Assembly: GCA_048940925.1 (NCBI GenBank)
Contig: JBHLOC010000015.1
Span: forward strand, 9,021-73,020
Length of the DNA stretch: 64,000 bases
Direction: 5' to 3'
Source of the DNA: Promethearchaeota archaeon
GTDB taxonomy: Archaea > Asgardarchaeota > Lokiarchaeia > Sigyniarchaeales > SOKP01
In this document: positions 1-9,897 of the stretch, in pieces
Layout of the letters: every line of letters starts with the position of its first letter
Position numbering within the stretch: position 1 is the first letter of the stretch
The notes under the pieces: generated by a model
The model's database searches: none
Seen by the model: only the letters and a program-made list of their open reading frames with translations
Told to the model about the DNA's origin: nothing
Made by a program: the position numbers and the translations under genes

Positions 1-89
1 TTATCTATCACCTAAAAAATATAAAACCACCATAATTTATAAACCTTATAAAAGAAAGGATTTATTAATTTATTAATTTACGATTTTTA

Positions 90-461
90 TTAATTTCTTC
101 TTAAATATCTTTCAAAAAAGTCTTCAAGAGAGTGGGTCATAAGGAATTCCCTTATTCTAGCTGGAGTGTTAAAATCTTCAACAAACCATTCCCTAAAATG
201 ATATTCAAGGGACAAGATTGGATCTCTAAACCTCCCTTCCTCTCTTTCATGTGGTTTTTGAGCAACCCTTTGAAAGAACTCCATATGGTCTACAATCCAT
301 TCATCAGAAAAGCCACGTTTGTAATAATCCAACATGATAGTTGCTATTAAATCGCGTTTTGCATTTTTAAAAGAACCCCAGAATCCTTCATGTTGATAAT
401 CCCCAATCATTCTGATTAAAGTCTTGTAAGAGTATTCAGTGATCATCCCTTCATCAATCAT
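90..461 (-). CDS. Hypothetical protein, probably a 5'-truncated gene remnant
   Basis: 123-aa ORF. The frame stays open about 50 codons upstream of the ATG (to about 620) with no in-frame ATG/GTG/TTG, so the original 5' end may be lost. No recognisable motif. Confidence 0.4.
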   Translation of the reverse strand: MIDEGMITEYSYKTLIRMIGDYQHEGFWGSFKNAKRDLIATIMLDYYKRGFSDEWIVDHMEFFQRVAQKPHEREEGRFRDPILSLEYHFREWFVEDFNTPARIREFLMTHSLEDFFERYLRRN

Positions 462-893
462 CTCATGTGGAGTGTAACCTTTAATGATATAAATACTAAT
501 ACGCCGTTTCCAATATTCCTCTAATGAATGACCACCTGTTTCTTCATAAGCTTGGAGATCTAAATGAGCAAGGGCATAATTTGTTGTATATCGTCCAAAT
601 TTAGTAATAGCACCCGCCCCATTTTACCACACAGGTATTAATAAAAAGCAAAAATCTATTGGTCTTATCTTTAGAATAGAAAAGAATAACAAAACATTAA
701 GATTTGGGATAGCGAGTGACCTTGAAGGAAAAAAAACATATATGGATTATTACAAAAAAATATTTAATAATATATATTTCCTTATTGAATATCTCGATTT
801 GATCTTCATATATATAATATGATTGAATCTGGTTTTGGAGTAGAATAAGAGTCGAAAATAGTTTAATTTATTGATATATTAAATTACTTAATA

Positions 894-1514
894 ATGAAGA
901 TAATAGATGTTTTAAGAAGTAAAATTGTTATTTTTATTATTCAAATAATAATTTTTAGTATGTTAATATACATATTTAATTATAGATATGTTTTAAATCT
1001 TCAATTATATCCCCCTACTCCCGATACTACAGAAGATCAAATCAAAGTTATTGAGTTTTTAGGAACCTATTTAATGTATGAAGACTTAAATGATGCTATT
1101 TTTATATATTTATGTTGGTCTTTAATTTCAATAATTCCTGTACTTATTTATTATGATTATGTTAAAGCGTTTAAGATGAATTTTGCTACATTTCTGATTT
1201 TTAATTTCTTTTTTTATGTCTTCTTATATAGACATCTAAATTACTATTTTAAAGAAAATTTTATAATTATATTTACAAAAACTTATCTTACAGCAATATT
1301 AATTACAGTTTTATCTATTGAGACTTCATTAATCTTAAATAAATTCAGAAAACATAAAATTGAGGAAGAATTAGAAGATCTACAGATTATTGTAAGAAGA
1401 ATAATTACTAAATGTCCAAAATGTGGAGCTGAATTCAATTCGGTTCCTCAATTTTGCTATAATTGCAATACCAGAATTATTAAAGATAGAGAAAAAAATG
1501 GTGGAATCGAATAG
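894..1514 (+). CDS. Membrane protein with C-terminal zinc ribbon
   Basis: About 4 hydrophobic segments followed by CPKCG-x9-CYNC. Confidence 0.7.
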   Translation: MKIIDVLRSKIVIFIIQIIIFSMLIYIFNYRYVLNLQLYPPTPDTTEDQIKVIEFLGTYLMYEDLNDAIFIYLCWSLISIIPVLIYYDYVKAFKMNFATFLIFNFFFYVFLYRHLNYYFKENFIIIFTKTYLTAILITVLSIETSLILNKFRKHKIEEELEDLQIIVRRIITKCPKCGAEFNSVPQFCYNCNTRIIKDREKNGGIE

Positions 1515-2970
1515 TAATAAGCAATCTTTAGAATTGTTGTTTAAACCCCGAAATGTTGTAATTTATAGAGTGAGTAAAACAGTTGATTTTTTCGTAAAAG
1601 GATTTAAAAGACAAGGATTTGATTTAGAAAATCTATATTTAATTTCCCCGAAAGAAGATTCATTTCTGGGTCTTAAATGTTATAAAACCATTGAAGAAAT
1701 TCCAATAGATAAGATAGACCTTCTTATATTATCTATTAGGAGAGACTTGCTTATTCAGACTCTTCAAAAGATTCTTACAATAAAGAAGGTGCATTTTATA
1801 CATATTTTTACAGCTGGTACAGGGGAATTTGATGATATTGGTGTGGAAATTGAACGCAATATAAAAAAGATATTAGAAGATTATAATAATACACGAAGTA
1901 TAGGCCCCAATTGTATGGGAATTTATAGCCCAATAGGTAAAACCGCCTATTATTCTTCTTTTCCAGTAGAACCTGGAAATATTGGTTTAATCTTTCAATC
2001 TGGAGATTTACATTCAAAGATGATTAAGTTTGGCTCTCGGAGATATAATCTACGGTTTTCAATAGGTGTAAGTATTGGTAATTGTGTAGATATCCAAATT
2101 TCTGAAATTTTGAATTACTTGAATCAAGATGATAATACCGATGTAATTTGTGTTTACTTTGAAGGAATTTCTCCTTTTCATAAAAATGAAGGAAAGATTT
2201 TATTTAATGTTTTAAAAAGTATGAAGAAACCAGTTTTATTTATGAAAGGTGGTAAAACAGAAAGGGGTCAAATTGCAGTTTTATCTCATACGGGATCTTT
2301 GGCAACAAAAAAGGACATATGGAACGCTTTATATAAACAAACACCCATTATAGAAGTTCCATCTTCATTAAACCAATTAATTGATTATGTATATTTATTC
2401 TCTAATTATTTCAATCGCTTTAGGAAATTAAAAAAGAAAATTGTATACCCTAAGAATAAGCGGTCGTTAATTATACTTTGGTCAGGTGGTTTTGGGATAT
2501 TAGCTACTGATATACTTATAGAATTAGGTTTAGAAGTACCTCATTTTGAAGGTGAAACTCTGAAAAAACTAAATGAAATTTATCCAATTCGGGTAGGTAG
2601 TTTATCTAATCCTTTAGATCTACCTTTTATAACACACCAGAAAGAACTTGTAGAAGTAGCAAAAGCTGCTGTTGATGAAAACATTAGTTTGGTATTACTA
2701 GAGACAGATGCATGGAAAGATATAGAAGGTAAGCCTTTTAAAGGATATTACAACAATCTTTTAGAAATAAGAGATTATGTTGAAAGTCAAAACAAAATTT
2801 TTATTATTATTTTACATCAATATCCTAGCGAATCTCGAAAAATATTCAGTGACATGCTTTTCAAGGATGAATTTCTTGTTTATCCCTCTCTGGAAGCTGC
2901 GGCTAAATCATTTTTAAAATTATATGAATTTGGTAAGAAATTAGAAAGATTAAATAAAGAAGATAACTAA
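1498..2970 (+). CDS. NDP-forming acyl-CoA synthetase alpha-subunit-like (CoA-binding) protein
   Basis: LFKPRNVV N-terminus, IGPNCMG, QSG, GVSIGN, SHTGSLA phospho-His motif and NPLDL. The ATG at 1498 is preferred over the ORF-track start at 1423 because it reduces overlap with the upstream gene. Confidence 0.85.
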   Translation: MVESNSNKQSLELLFKPRNVVIYRVSKTVDFFVKGFKRQGFDLENLYLISPKEDSFLGLKCYKTIEEIPIDKIDLLILSIRRDLLIQTLQKILTIKKVHFIHIFTAGTGEFDDIGVEIERNIKKILEDYNNTRSIGPNCMGIYSPIGKTAYYSSFPVEPGNIGLIFQSGDLHSKMIKFGSRRYNLRFSIGVSIGNCVDIQISEILNYLNQDDNTDVICVYFEGISPFHKNEGKILFNVLKSMKKPVLFMKGGKTERGQIAVLSHTGSLATKKDIWNALYKQTPIIEVPSSLNQLIDYVYLFSNYFNRFRKLKKKIVYPKNKRSLIILWSGGFGILATDILIELGLEVPHFEGETLKKLNEIYPIRVGSLSNPLDLPFITHQKELVEVAKAAVDENISLVLLETDAWKDIEGKPFKGYYNNLLEIRDYVESQNKIFIIILHQYPSESRKIFSDMLFKDEFLVYPSLEAAAKSFLKLYEFGKKLERLNKEDN

Positions 2971-3047
2971 TAATTTCTTAAATAATTTTTACATTTATGA
3001 TTCACAGAATCCAAAACAATTTATCTATTTTTTAATTCAAATATGTA

Positions 3048-4025
3048 ATGTTAGGAGAAATTTTCGCTATTTTTGCTGTGCTCACCTTTGTTGCATCTAA
3101 TGTCATATTTCGTAAAACTGAGAAGGAAGCTAGTCCAACTTTTATAAACTTTCTTCGAACAGGGATAGGTACTTTAACATTTTTTCTTATAATTATATTT
3201 TTAAACCGATTAAATCTCATTTTCATAATTTCATGGCAATTGTGGATTTTATTAATCTTGAGTTTCATATTTGGTCAAGTTATAGGAGATACAGCTTATT
3301 TCACTGCTCAAAAAGAGCTAGGAACTACTATAACTCTCGCTATTTCCATGACATTTCCCCTTTTTACCTTCATATTATCTTTAATTTTTCTTAAAAAGCC
3401 ATTTAAGCTTAATTTGATTTTATCACTAATTTTGATTGGATCTGGAATAACTATTATTGGAAACTCCAAAAAAAAAACTGAAAATTCAAACCAGGAAAAG
3501 AGTCCTCTATTAAATGATACTCTTAAGGAGAAATTTCAAGACCTTTCTAGAAAAGATGTAATCAAAGCAATAGGTTTTTGTTTTATAGCATCTCTTGGGT
3601 GGGCAGTTGGGGCTGTTATTATTGAATTTGCAATGATTCAAATAGATCAGATTATTCATATTGAAGAATTAAGTTCTATTGTAGGAAATGTAATTAGATT
3701 TCCATTCGCATTTTTAATCTTAGGTTCAATGGTGTTGAGAGAAAAGTTTTGTAAAAAAAACAATGATAACTTACTTAATAAAAAGAAATCTCTTCGTACT
3801 TGGATTTTTTTGATAGTTGCCTCAATTATTGGAACCTCTTTGGGAGCATATCTATATACTGAATCAGTACATGTAGCAGGAGCAAATATTGTATCATTGA
3901 TAGCAACAGCAAGCCCTTTATTTGCACTCCCGTTAACATACTTAATTAATAAGGAGAAAATTTCTAGGTTTGGGTTTATTGGTGTACTTTTAACTATTAT
4001 AGGGGTAATTATTATCTTGATATAA
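3048..4025 (+). CDS. EamA/DMT-family transporter
   Basis: Two 5-TM repeats, with PLFT/PLFA motifs and a KEKIS...GVLLTIIGV ending. Confidence 0.85.
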   Translation: MLGEIFAIFAVLTFVASNVIFRKTEKEASPTFINFLRTGIGTLTFFLIIIFLNRLNLIFIISWQLWILLILSFIFGQVIGDTAYFTAQKELGTTITLAISMTFPLFTFILSLIFLKKPFKLNLILSLILIGSGITIIGNSKKKTENSNQEKSPLLNDTLKEKFQDLSRKDVIKAIGFCFIASLGWAVGAVIIEFAMIQIDQIIHIEELSSIVGNVIRFPFAFLILGSMVLREKFCKKNNDNLLNKKKSLRTWIFLIVASIIGTSLGAYLYTESVHVAGANIVSLIATASPLFALPLTYLINKEKISRFGFIGVLLTIIGVIIILI

Positions 4026-4030
4026 ACTTT

Positions 4031-5110
4031 TTATTCATAATAATTTTCAAAGAGTTTTAGTTCTTGTTCTATATCTTTAAACTTCTCTATTTCGTCTTTA
4101 GAAGGGGGCTCTTGCTCATAAATATCAAATACCTTTAAATTCAAATTCTTTCTGACTAATTTTTCTATTTTATTAATCTTTTGTTTAGTAGCAAAAAATT
4201 TAATCATTTTAAATTTCAGTTTTGTTATCATTTTTTCCCATTCTTTTGTGAACTCTCCATTTTGAATATCTTTTAAAATGGATTCCATCACTGGTTTTAC
4301 AAACAGTTTTCTAAATTTGATTCCTCTGCTCATTGCTCCATATTGACTTGTTTGTGAATGGTAATCGACTTGTTTGATTAATCCAACATCAGCCATTTTT
4401 TTATACGTATAGGACATTTCATTACTCATATACATCTCAACCAATACTGCTTCAGGAGGATATCCCGCATCTATAAGTGTATAAATAGCTGATAAGAGTA
4501 CTCGACCAAATGCAGGTCCAAAGCCTTGTTCATTAAACAAATCTAATTCTGCTTCTTGTCTAAAAGTTATTTCTATCGCACCTTTTCTCAAAGTACCAAT
4601 CCCTTTTGCTAATGCAAGTAAAATTTCCAAAGCACTTCCAGAGGCATCTTGTTCAATAGCAACAAAACTGAAAAAACCTTTTTTATTTAAAAAGTTTTCT
4701 CTAACACCCACTCCAATCATTCTGGGGGCTATTAACAAGAGATCTACGTCATTAGGTGTTTTAATTAGCTCGAATCCTATATTATATCCACTAGCAAAAA
4801 CTAATGCACTCTGAGATTTCAAGTTTGGTCTAATTTGGGTTTTAAATATATTGTTCATAATTTCATCAGGAATAAGAATAAAAGAAACGTCGCTTCTTTT
4901 CACAGCCTCCTCAATTGAGAAAGTAATAAAACCATCGTTATTAGCAATTTCTCTAAAATTATCTAATCTGTTGCCGATTATTACATTTAAACCTGAATCT
5001 CTTAAATTGAGTGCTTGAGCTCTTCCTTGGTTGCCATAACCTATTATAGCAATTGTCTTATCTTTTAAAAGAGAAAGATCACCATCATTCTCATGATATA
5101 TATTTACCAT
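4031..5110 (-). CDS. ilvC: Ketol-acid reductoisomerase
   Basis: IAIIGYGNQGRAQALNLRDSG, LIPDE, DLFNEQ and SQTSQYG motifs. Confidence 0.93.
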   Translation of the reverse strand: MVNIYHENDGDLSLLKDKTIAIIGYGNQGRAQALNLRDSGLNVIIGNRLDNFREIANNDGFITFSIEEAVKRSDVSFILIPDEIMNNIFKTQIRPNLKSQSALVFASGYNIGFELIKTPNDVDLLLIAPRMIGVGVRENFLNKKGFFSFVAIEQDASGSALEILLALAKGIGTLRKGAIEITFRQEAELDLFNEQGFGPAFGRVLLSAIYTLIDAGYPPEAVLVEMYMSNEMSYTYKKMADVGLIKQVDYHSQTSQYGAMSRGIKFRKLFVKPVMESILKDIQNGEFTKEWEKMITKLKFKMIKFFATKQKINKIEKLVRKNLNLKVFDIYEQEPPSKDEIEKFKDIEQELKLFENYYE

Positions 5111-5177
5111 TTATTTAAACCTCTAATATAAAGAGTATTGTGTAAAAAATATTCGAAAAAAAACTTGATTAAAGAAT

Positions 5178-5786
5178 CTACAAAATTTTATTGTAATCTA
5201 AGTTATTTTTTTCTAAAATCTTGATTACTAACTGCTTAAAAATAAGATCGATATTGTAATTCTCCTTTGAAGATGTCTTATAAAAATCTATTTCGTTATG
5301 GCGCTTCATAAATCGATTTACAACTAAGTCATCTACTCTTGCTTTCTCATCTGTAATTTTGACAAGATCAAATTTTGTGCCAATACACATCCTTGGTGTC
5401 TCTTCTTGATTATATTCACCTAATTTTTCATACCACCAATCCAATCTTAAGAGAGTTTGAAGATCTACTAAATCAAAAACCATAAAAATTCCATTTGCTC
5501 CATTAATGTAATAGGGAAACAATTTTTTGAACTGTTCTCGTCCACCAAAATCCCATATACTAATCCGTACATAAGTTTTATCACCATTTACTGATATTGG
5601 CAGATCATATGTATAAAACTCTATTCCTAATGTTTCTTTTGTATTGACATCAAAGGTATCAAAACATAATCTTTGTGCAATACACGTTTTCCCCACTCTC
5701 TCTTGCCCCAAAATACAGATTTTAAAAATATAGATTGGCTTTTCACTATTTTTCATCTTAGAGAGAGGATCTTTTGCTGCTGTCAT
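5178..5786 (-). CDS. Rab-like small GTPase (Ras superfamily)
   Basis: G1 GQERVGKT, G2 TLGIEF, G3 WDFGG, G4 TKFD, G5 TSSK. Confidence 0.9.
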   Translation of the reverse strand: MTAAKDPLSKMKNSEKPIYIFKICILGQERVGKTCIAQRLCFDTFDVNTKETLGIEFYTYDLPISVNGDKTYVRISIWDFGGREQFKKLFPYYINGANGIFMVFDLVDLQTLLRLDWWYEKLGEYNQEETPRMCIGTKFDLVKITDEKARVDDLVVNRFMKRHNEIDFYKTSSKENYNIDLIFKQLVIKILEKNNLDYNKIL

Positions 5787-5979
5787 AAAAAAATTTTATG
5801 CAATGTTAATAATTTATTTTTAAACTTTATAATAAAAAAACAATAAGAGATTTATAAATTTTTAACATTCTAATTTAAATTATAATTTTTTGGCTAAATT
5901 TTTAAATCTTTAAATAATCATTTTAGACTATATCTATAATTTAGTTTTTAATAAAATTTTCTAAAACCAATAATTCTAA

Positions 5980-6756
5980 GTGATAAATTTGAAAAATAAA
6001 GATGTACTCAATTTTTTCATTTCTGAAGCTGAACACCCGTTTTCAGGGTGGGATTTTTCATATATTAATGACAGAGTTGTAAATTCACCTTTAACATGGA
6101 GTTATACTAGCATTATATTACCAGAATTAAGGAAGGCAGAATCCCTTTTAGATATAGGAACAGGAGGTGGAGAATATTTGTCTTCACTTGTACCTTTACC
6201 ACATCATACATGTGCAACTGAAGGATACAAACCTAATATGCCTATAGCAAGAAATCAATTAGAGCCACTAGGAGTGAAAATAGTGTATTGCAAAGATGAA
6301 GAGATGCTTCCATTTGCTGATGAGAAATTTGATTTAGTTATTAATCGCCATGAATCTTATTCTCCCAGGGAAGTTTATAGAATTCTTAAACCTGAAGGAG
6401 TATTTATTACCCAACAAGTCGGAGATAAAAATGATTCAAAACTTAGACTTGTTTTAACCGGTAAAGAGGAATTAGAAGATTTTGTTGAATGGAATTTGGA
6501 GATTGCATCAAATGAATTAGAAGCAAATGGTTTTCAAATTATTGAAGGTTATGAAGATATAACATCGACGCGTATATTTGATGTTGGAGCCATTATCTTT
6601 TATTTTAAAGCTATACCTTGGGAATTGCCGGGTTTTTCTATAAAGAAATATTATAATAAATTGGTTGAAGTTAACGATTACATTGCTGATAAAGGATATT
6701 TAGATTTAGACAATAACAATCATAGATTTTTAATAAAGGTGAAAAAGGCTAAATAA
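5980..6756 (+). CDS. Class I SAM-dependent methyltransferase
   Basis: FSGWDFS, LLDIGTGGGE, LPFADEKFDLVINRH and RILKPEG motifs. Confidence 0.88.
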   Translation: MINLKNKDVLNFFISEAEHPFSGWDFSYINDRVVNSPLTWSYTSIILPELRKAESLLDIGTGGGEYLSSLVPLPHHTCATEGYKPNMPIARNQLEPLGVKIVYCKDEEMLPFADEKFDLVINRHESYSPREVYRILKPEGVFITQQVGDKNDSKLRLVLTGKEELEDFVEWNLEIASNELEANGFQIIEGYEDITSTRIFDVGAIIFYFKAIPWELPGFSIKKYYNKLVEVNDYIADKGYLDLDNNNHRFLIKVKKAK

Positions 6757-6770
6757 AAATGGTGGCCTAA

Positions 6771-7823
6771 TTACGAGGTTTCTAAAGATTTTAAATTAAT
6801 TTTTCCCTTGGAGAGAATTTCTACATAAGAAGGTTGCATATGCTGCCAAGCTCCATCATTTATTATTTCGATTTGTCGATTATGTATGGTGATATTTGAT
6901 ATTCCCTTAAGATGGGAATGCCCATATATAACATGATTTACTTTTGAAAAATCATATTCTTCATCCATCAAGAATTGTGTTATTTCATTAATGTAATAAT
7001 CAGGTTTGCTTGCTCGTTCCCATTTTTTCAATATTCGCATGTTAGCTTTAATTAAATTAAACTCTATGATACTTAATTCTGAAAATAGAGTATCTATTGA
7101 ATCTAAAGACATATTTTTTAGTTTTGCTAAATCTTCTTTCATTTCTTCGAATCTAATAGGTTTTATTTTTCTCCCATTCTTAATTACTTCGTTCCAGAAA
7201 TAATCATAAGTCTCTTTTACTTCAAACTTATTATTAGAAATTAATGATTTCCATATTTGTCCTACAAAAAATCGGTATATACTACTATCAAACTGGTAAC
7301 CATGCGTCATTAAACATTTGAAATCTTGGTTTAAATCTAAATCCTCAACTTTTACAACTTTAAGGGGCTTACTCTCAATTTGCTCTCGCGAATTATACAT
7401 TAAGAGCATATCTTCATTATTCCATTTTGTTAATAATATGTATTGATAGTATAATTCACCATTAAACAATTCATTAAAATTGCTGTGCTTAAATTTATTT
7501 AAAAACTTTCTCTTTCGACGCTCAAACTTCTCATCATAGTCTCCAATAACAGGAATTTCATGATTTCCAAGAACAAAAATTAAATTCATATTATTCTTAA
7601 TTTTAAGTAGTAGAGTGAAAATATCTTGAACTTTTTCCCTTTTTAAAAGAGCAATAGGAGTATCAGTGCATAAATCAATGAAATCCCCTAAAATTATAAG
7701 AGCTTGTAAATCATTACCGAATTCTCCATTAATTATACTTCTTAAAAATTGAATAAATAAATCTCTTTCACAATCCAAAGAACCTAAATGAATGTCTGAG
7801 GCAATTAGTATTTTTGGATTCAT
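6771..7823 (-). CDS. Calcineurin-like metallophosphoesterase
   Basis: SDIHLG, LGDFID, GNHE, THG and GHSH metal-binding motifs. Confidence 0.88.
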   Translation of the reverse strand: MNPKILIASDIHLGSLDCERDLFIQFLRSIINGEFGNDLQALIILGDFIDLCTDTPIALLKREKVQDIFTLLLKIKNNMNLIFVLGNHEIPVIGDYDEKFERRKRKFLNKFKHSNFNELFNGELYYQYILLTKWNNEDMLLMYNSREQIESKPLKVVKVEDLDLNQDFKCLMTHGYQFDSSIYRFFVGQIWKSLISNNKFEVKETYDYFWNEVIKNGRKIKPIRFEEMKEDLAKLKNMSLDSIDTLFSELSIIEFNLIKANMRILKKWERASKPDYYINEITQFLMDEEYDFSKVNHVIYGHSHLKGISNITIHNRQIEIINDGAWQHMQPSYVEILSKGKINLKSLETS

Positions 7824-8312
7824 TTCACTTATTTTTTAATATTTGACTTTCACTTTAAACATATAAAATTAAAAGTTTATCGAATTATTAAGAAGTTTGC
7901 CTAACTTTTAAATTAGTGTAAATAATAATTAAATACTAAAAATCAGGATTTAAAAATATTCTATTTAATAGTTCAAAAATGTTTATTTGTAGATTTTTAA
8001 AATGATAACTCATTCAATCTTTTATATCCAATTATATTATTAATGAAAAAGTCAATATACTTTACCATATCATATAGTTTTATTATTTTATTAAATTAAA
8101 ACATGCTCATCTGATATCAAAAATTGATCAGTTTCAATCATCTGAATTCACTAGTAAAAAATTTGTTAATTATTTTCATCATTTTTTTTTGTCAACCAAG
8201 TTTGAGAGATCATATCGGTCGAATTAATCAAAACGACCAACACATTTAAATATAAGAAATAACAATTTAAATTTAAATATATTAAATTTAATCAAAAATA
8301 TAAAATTAAGAA

Positions 8313-8342
8313 GCCTTACTCCTTTCATAAAAAAGGTTAAGG
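8313..8342 (+). promoter_or_regulatory. Imperfect hairpin in the putative 5' leader of the histone gene
   Basis: CCTTA-CT-CCTTT-loop-AAAGG-T-TAAGG, about 45 nt upstream of the ATG. A GGAGG Shine-Dalgarno is at about 8370. Confidence 0.3.
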
Positions 8343-8388
8343 AAATTAACAAAAATTAAAAAAATTCGTGGAGGATTGAAAAAATATT

Positions 8389-8595
8389 ATGGCAGCATTC
8401 GCATGGTCTCCTTTGCGCGCTTTAATGAAAAAAGCAGGAGCTGAAATTGTAAGTCGCGCAGCGGTTGACAAATTAATGGATTACTTAGAAGAGTACGCAA
8501 AAAGTCTTACAGGTTGCGCACTCGATATTGCTAAGCACTCTGGAAGAAAGAAAGTTACCGCAGCGGATATGAAAATCGCTATTGGTTTAGTGTAA
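8389..8595 (+). CDS. Archaeal histone (HMf/HMt family)
   Basis: 68 aa with LRALMKKAGAEIVS, AKHSGRKKV and D histone-fold signatures. GGAGG SD upstream and a T-rich tract downstream. Confidence 0.95.
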   Translation: MAAFAWSPLRALMKKAGAEIVSRAAVDKLMDYLEEYAKSLTGCALDIAKHSGRKKVTAADMKIAIGLV

Positions 8596-8644
8596 AATGA
8601 TTTTCTGCCATCCTTTCGAGGCGCTTAACTCAAAAAATTAATTA

Positions 8645-8670
8645 TTTCCTTTTTTTTTCTTTCTCTATTC
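8645..8670 (+). terminator. T-rich archaeal-type terminator after the histone gene
   Basis: tttcctttttttttctttct tract about 50 nt after the stop codon. Confidence 0.45.
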
Positions 8671-8723
8671 TTGATATATAAAAATCTTTATTTTCGTTAA
8701 AATCTTTTAAAAAAATCTTCATA

Positions 8724-9614
8724 TCATGGTTTTCGAGATCTATCCGCATTTTTTCTGATAGCATTAACGATTGTAGGCCATGTTTCTGGGGGTAAACTGT
8801 GCCCCATTCCATTAATAATCAACAACTCTGCTCCAGGGATAGAATCAGCTGTGTCCTTTCCTCCCGTAACTGGGACGAGGGGATCATCTCCACCATGAAT
8901 GACTATAGTCGGGGCATTAATTGATGATAATCTCGGTTTGCGGTTTCCATGAGCCATTGAAGCCATCATCTGGCGTACTGTTCCCTGAGGGTAAAATGAT
9001 CTATCAAATACTCTTCCCATCATATCACGTCCAAATTTCTCATCATATGGGATTCCTTTTCCATAGGTAGTTTTAGCGATTTTCACTCTATAATCGATAT
9101 AAGCTTCACGCTCAGTTGGGGCGCGAGTAATGAGCATGTTTGCTATTTCTGGTTTAGGACGTGGTAGATCTGGATTTCCAGTTGATCCCATGATTGGTGC
9201 TAAGCTAAGTACGCGATCAGGATGTCTGTATCCTATGGTTTGCGTTATTGCTGCACCCATAGAAGCACCGCATATATGTGCTTTTTCTATCCCTAACGCG
9301 TCTAATAATCCTATAGCATCATCTGCCATATCATCGGTAGTATAATCATATGTGATTTTTTCTCCTCTTTGAACAGCTTCTCTTGCCTCTCTGAATTTCG
9401 GAATTCCCAAGTGGTCAAATTTCGTTGATAATCCAACATCTCTATTATCAAACCTGATTACAAAAAAACCTTTTTCGACAAGCATTTCACAAAATTCTTC
9501 AGGCCATTGAATCATTTGTGCGCCCAGTCCCATAATTAGGAGTAAAGGTTCTAAAGTACGATCTCCAAATGTATCATATTCTAGTTCTATATTGTTTGCT
9601 TTTACCTTTGGCAT
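8724..9614 (-). CDS. Alpha/beta-hydrolase (esterase-like)
   Basis: FDNRDVGLS, nucleophile elbow GASMG, HGGDDPLVP and GMGH catalytic-triad motifs. Confidence 0.9.
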   Translation of the reverse strand: MPKVKANNIELEYDTFGDRTLEPLLLIMGLGAQMIQWPEEFCEMLVEKGFFVIRFDNRDVGLSTKFDHLGIPKFREAREAVQRGEKITYDYTTDDMADDAIGLLDALGIEKAHICGASMGAAITQTIGYRHPDRVLSLAPIMGSTGNPDLPRPKPEIANMLITRAPTEREAYIDYRVKIAKTTYGKGIPYDEKFGRDMMGRVFDRSFYPQGTVRQMMASMAHGNRKPRLSSINAPTIVIHGGDDPLVPVTGGKDTADSIPGAELLIINGMGHSLPPETWPTIVNAIRKNADRSRKP

Positions 9615-9897
9615 ATTTTATATCACTTTAGTATATATTTTTGTATTTAATACTTAGTAATTAATAAATTTATTATTTTTTCCCATAGGTAACTTTAAAA
9701 TCGTTTAGCTTTGACTTTGTTTTCAGAGATAAAGTCTGAGATATATTTATAACCATTTAGATTAAAATATAATTGAATAGAACTTACATCTAAATCTTTT
9801 ATTAGTTGCTTTTCCATACTATTAGAGTTTATAAAAATTTTTTGCACCGATAGCAAAGATCATTAAAGAATAAATGATTAAGTAAATTTGATCAAAT

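Noticed and set aside
8596-8630. Possible homolog of the metazoan histone 3' stem-loop
   Set aside because: Only a 3-bp stem and no match to the 6-bp stem/4-nt loop consensus. Kept only as a weak structured-element note.
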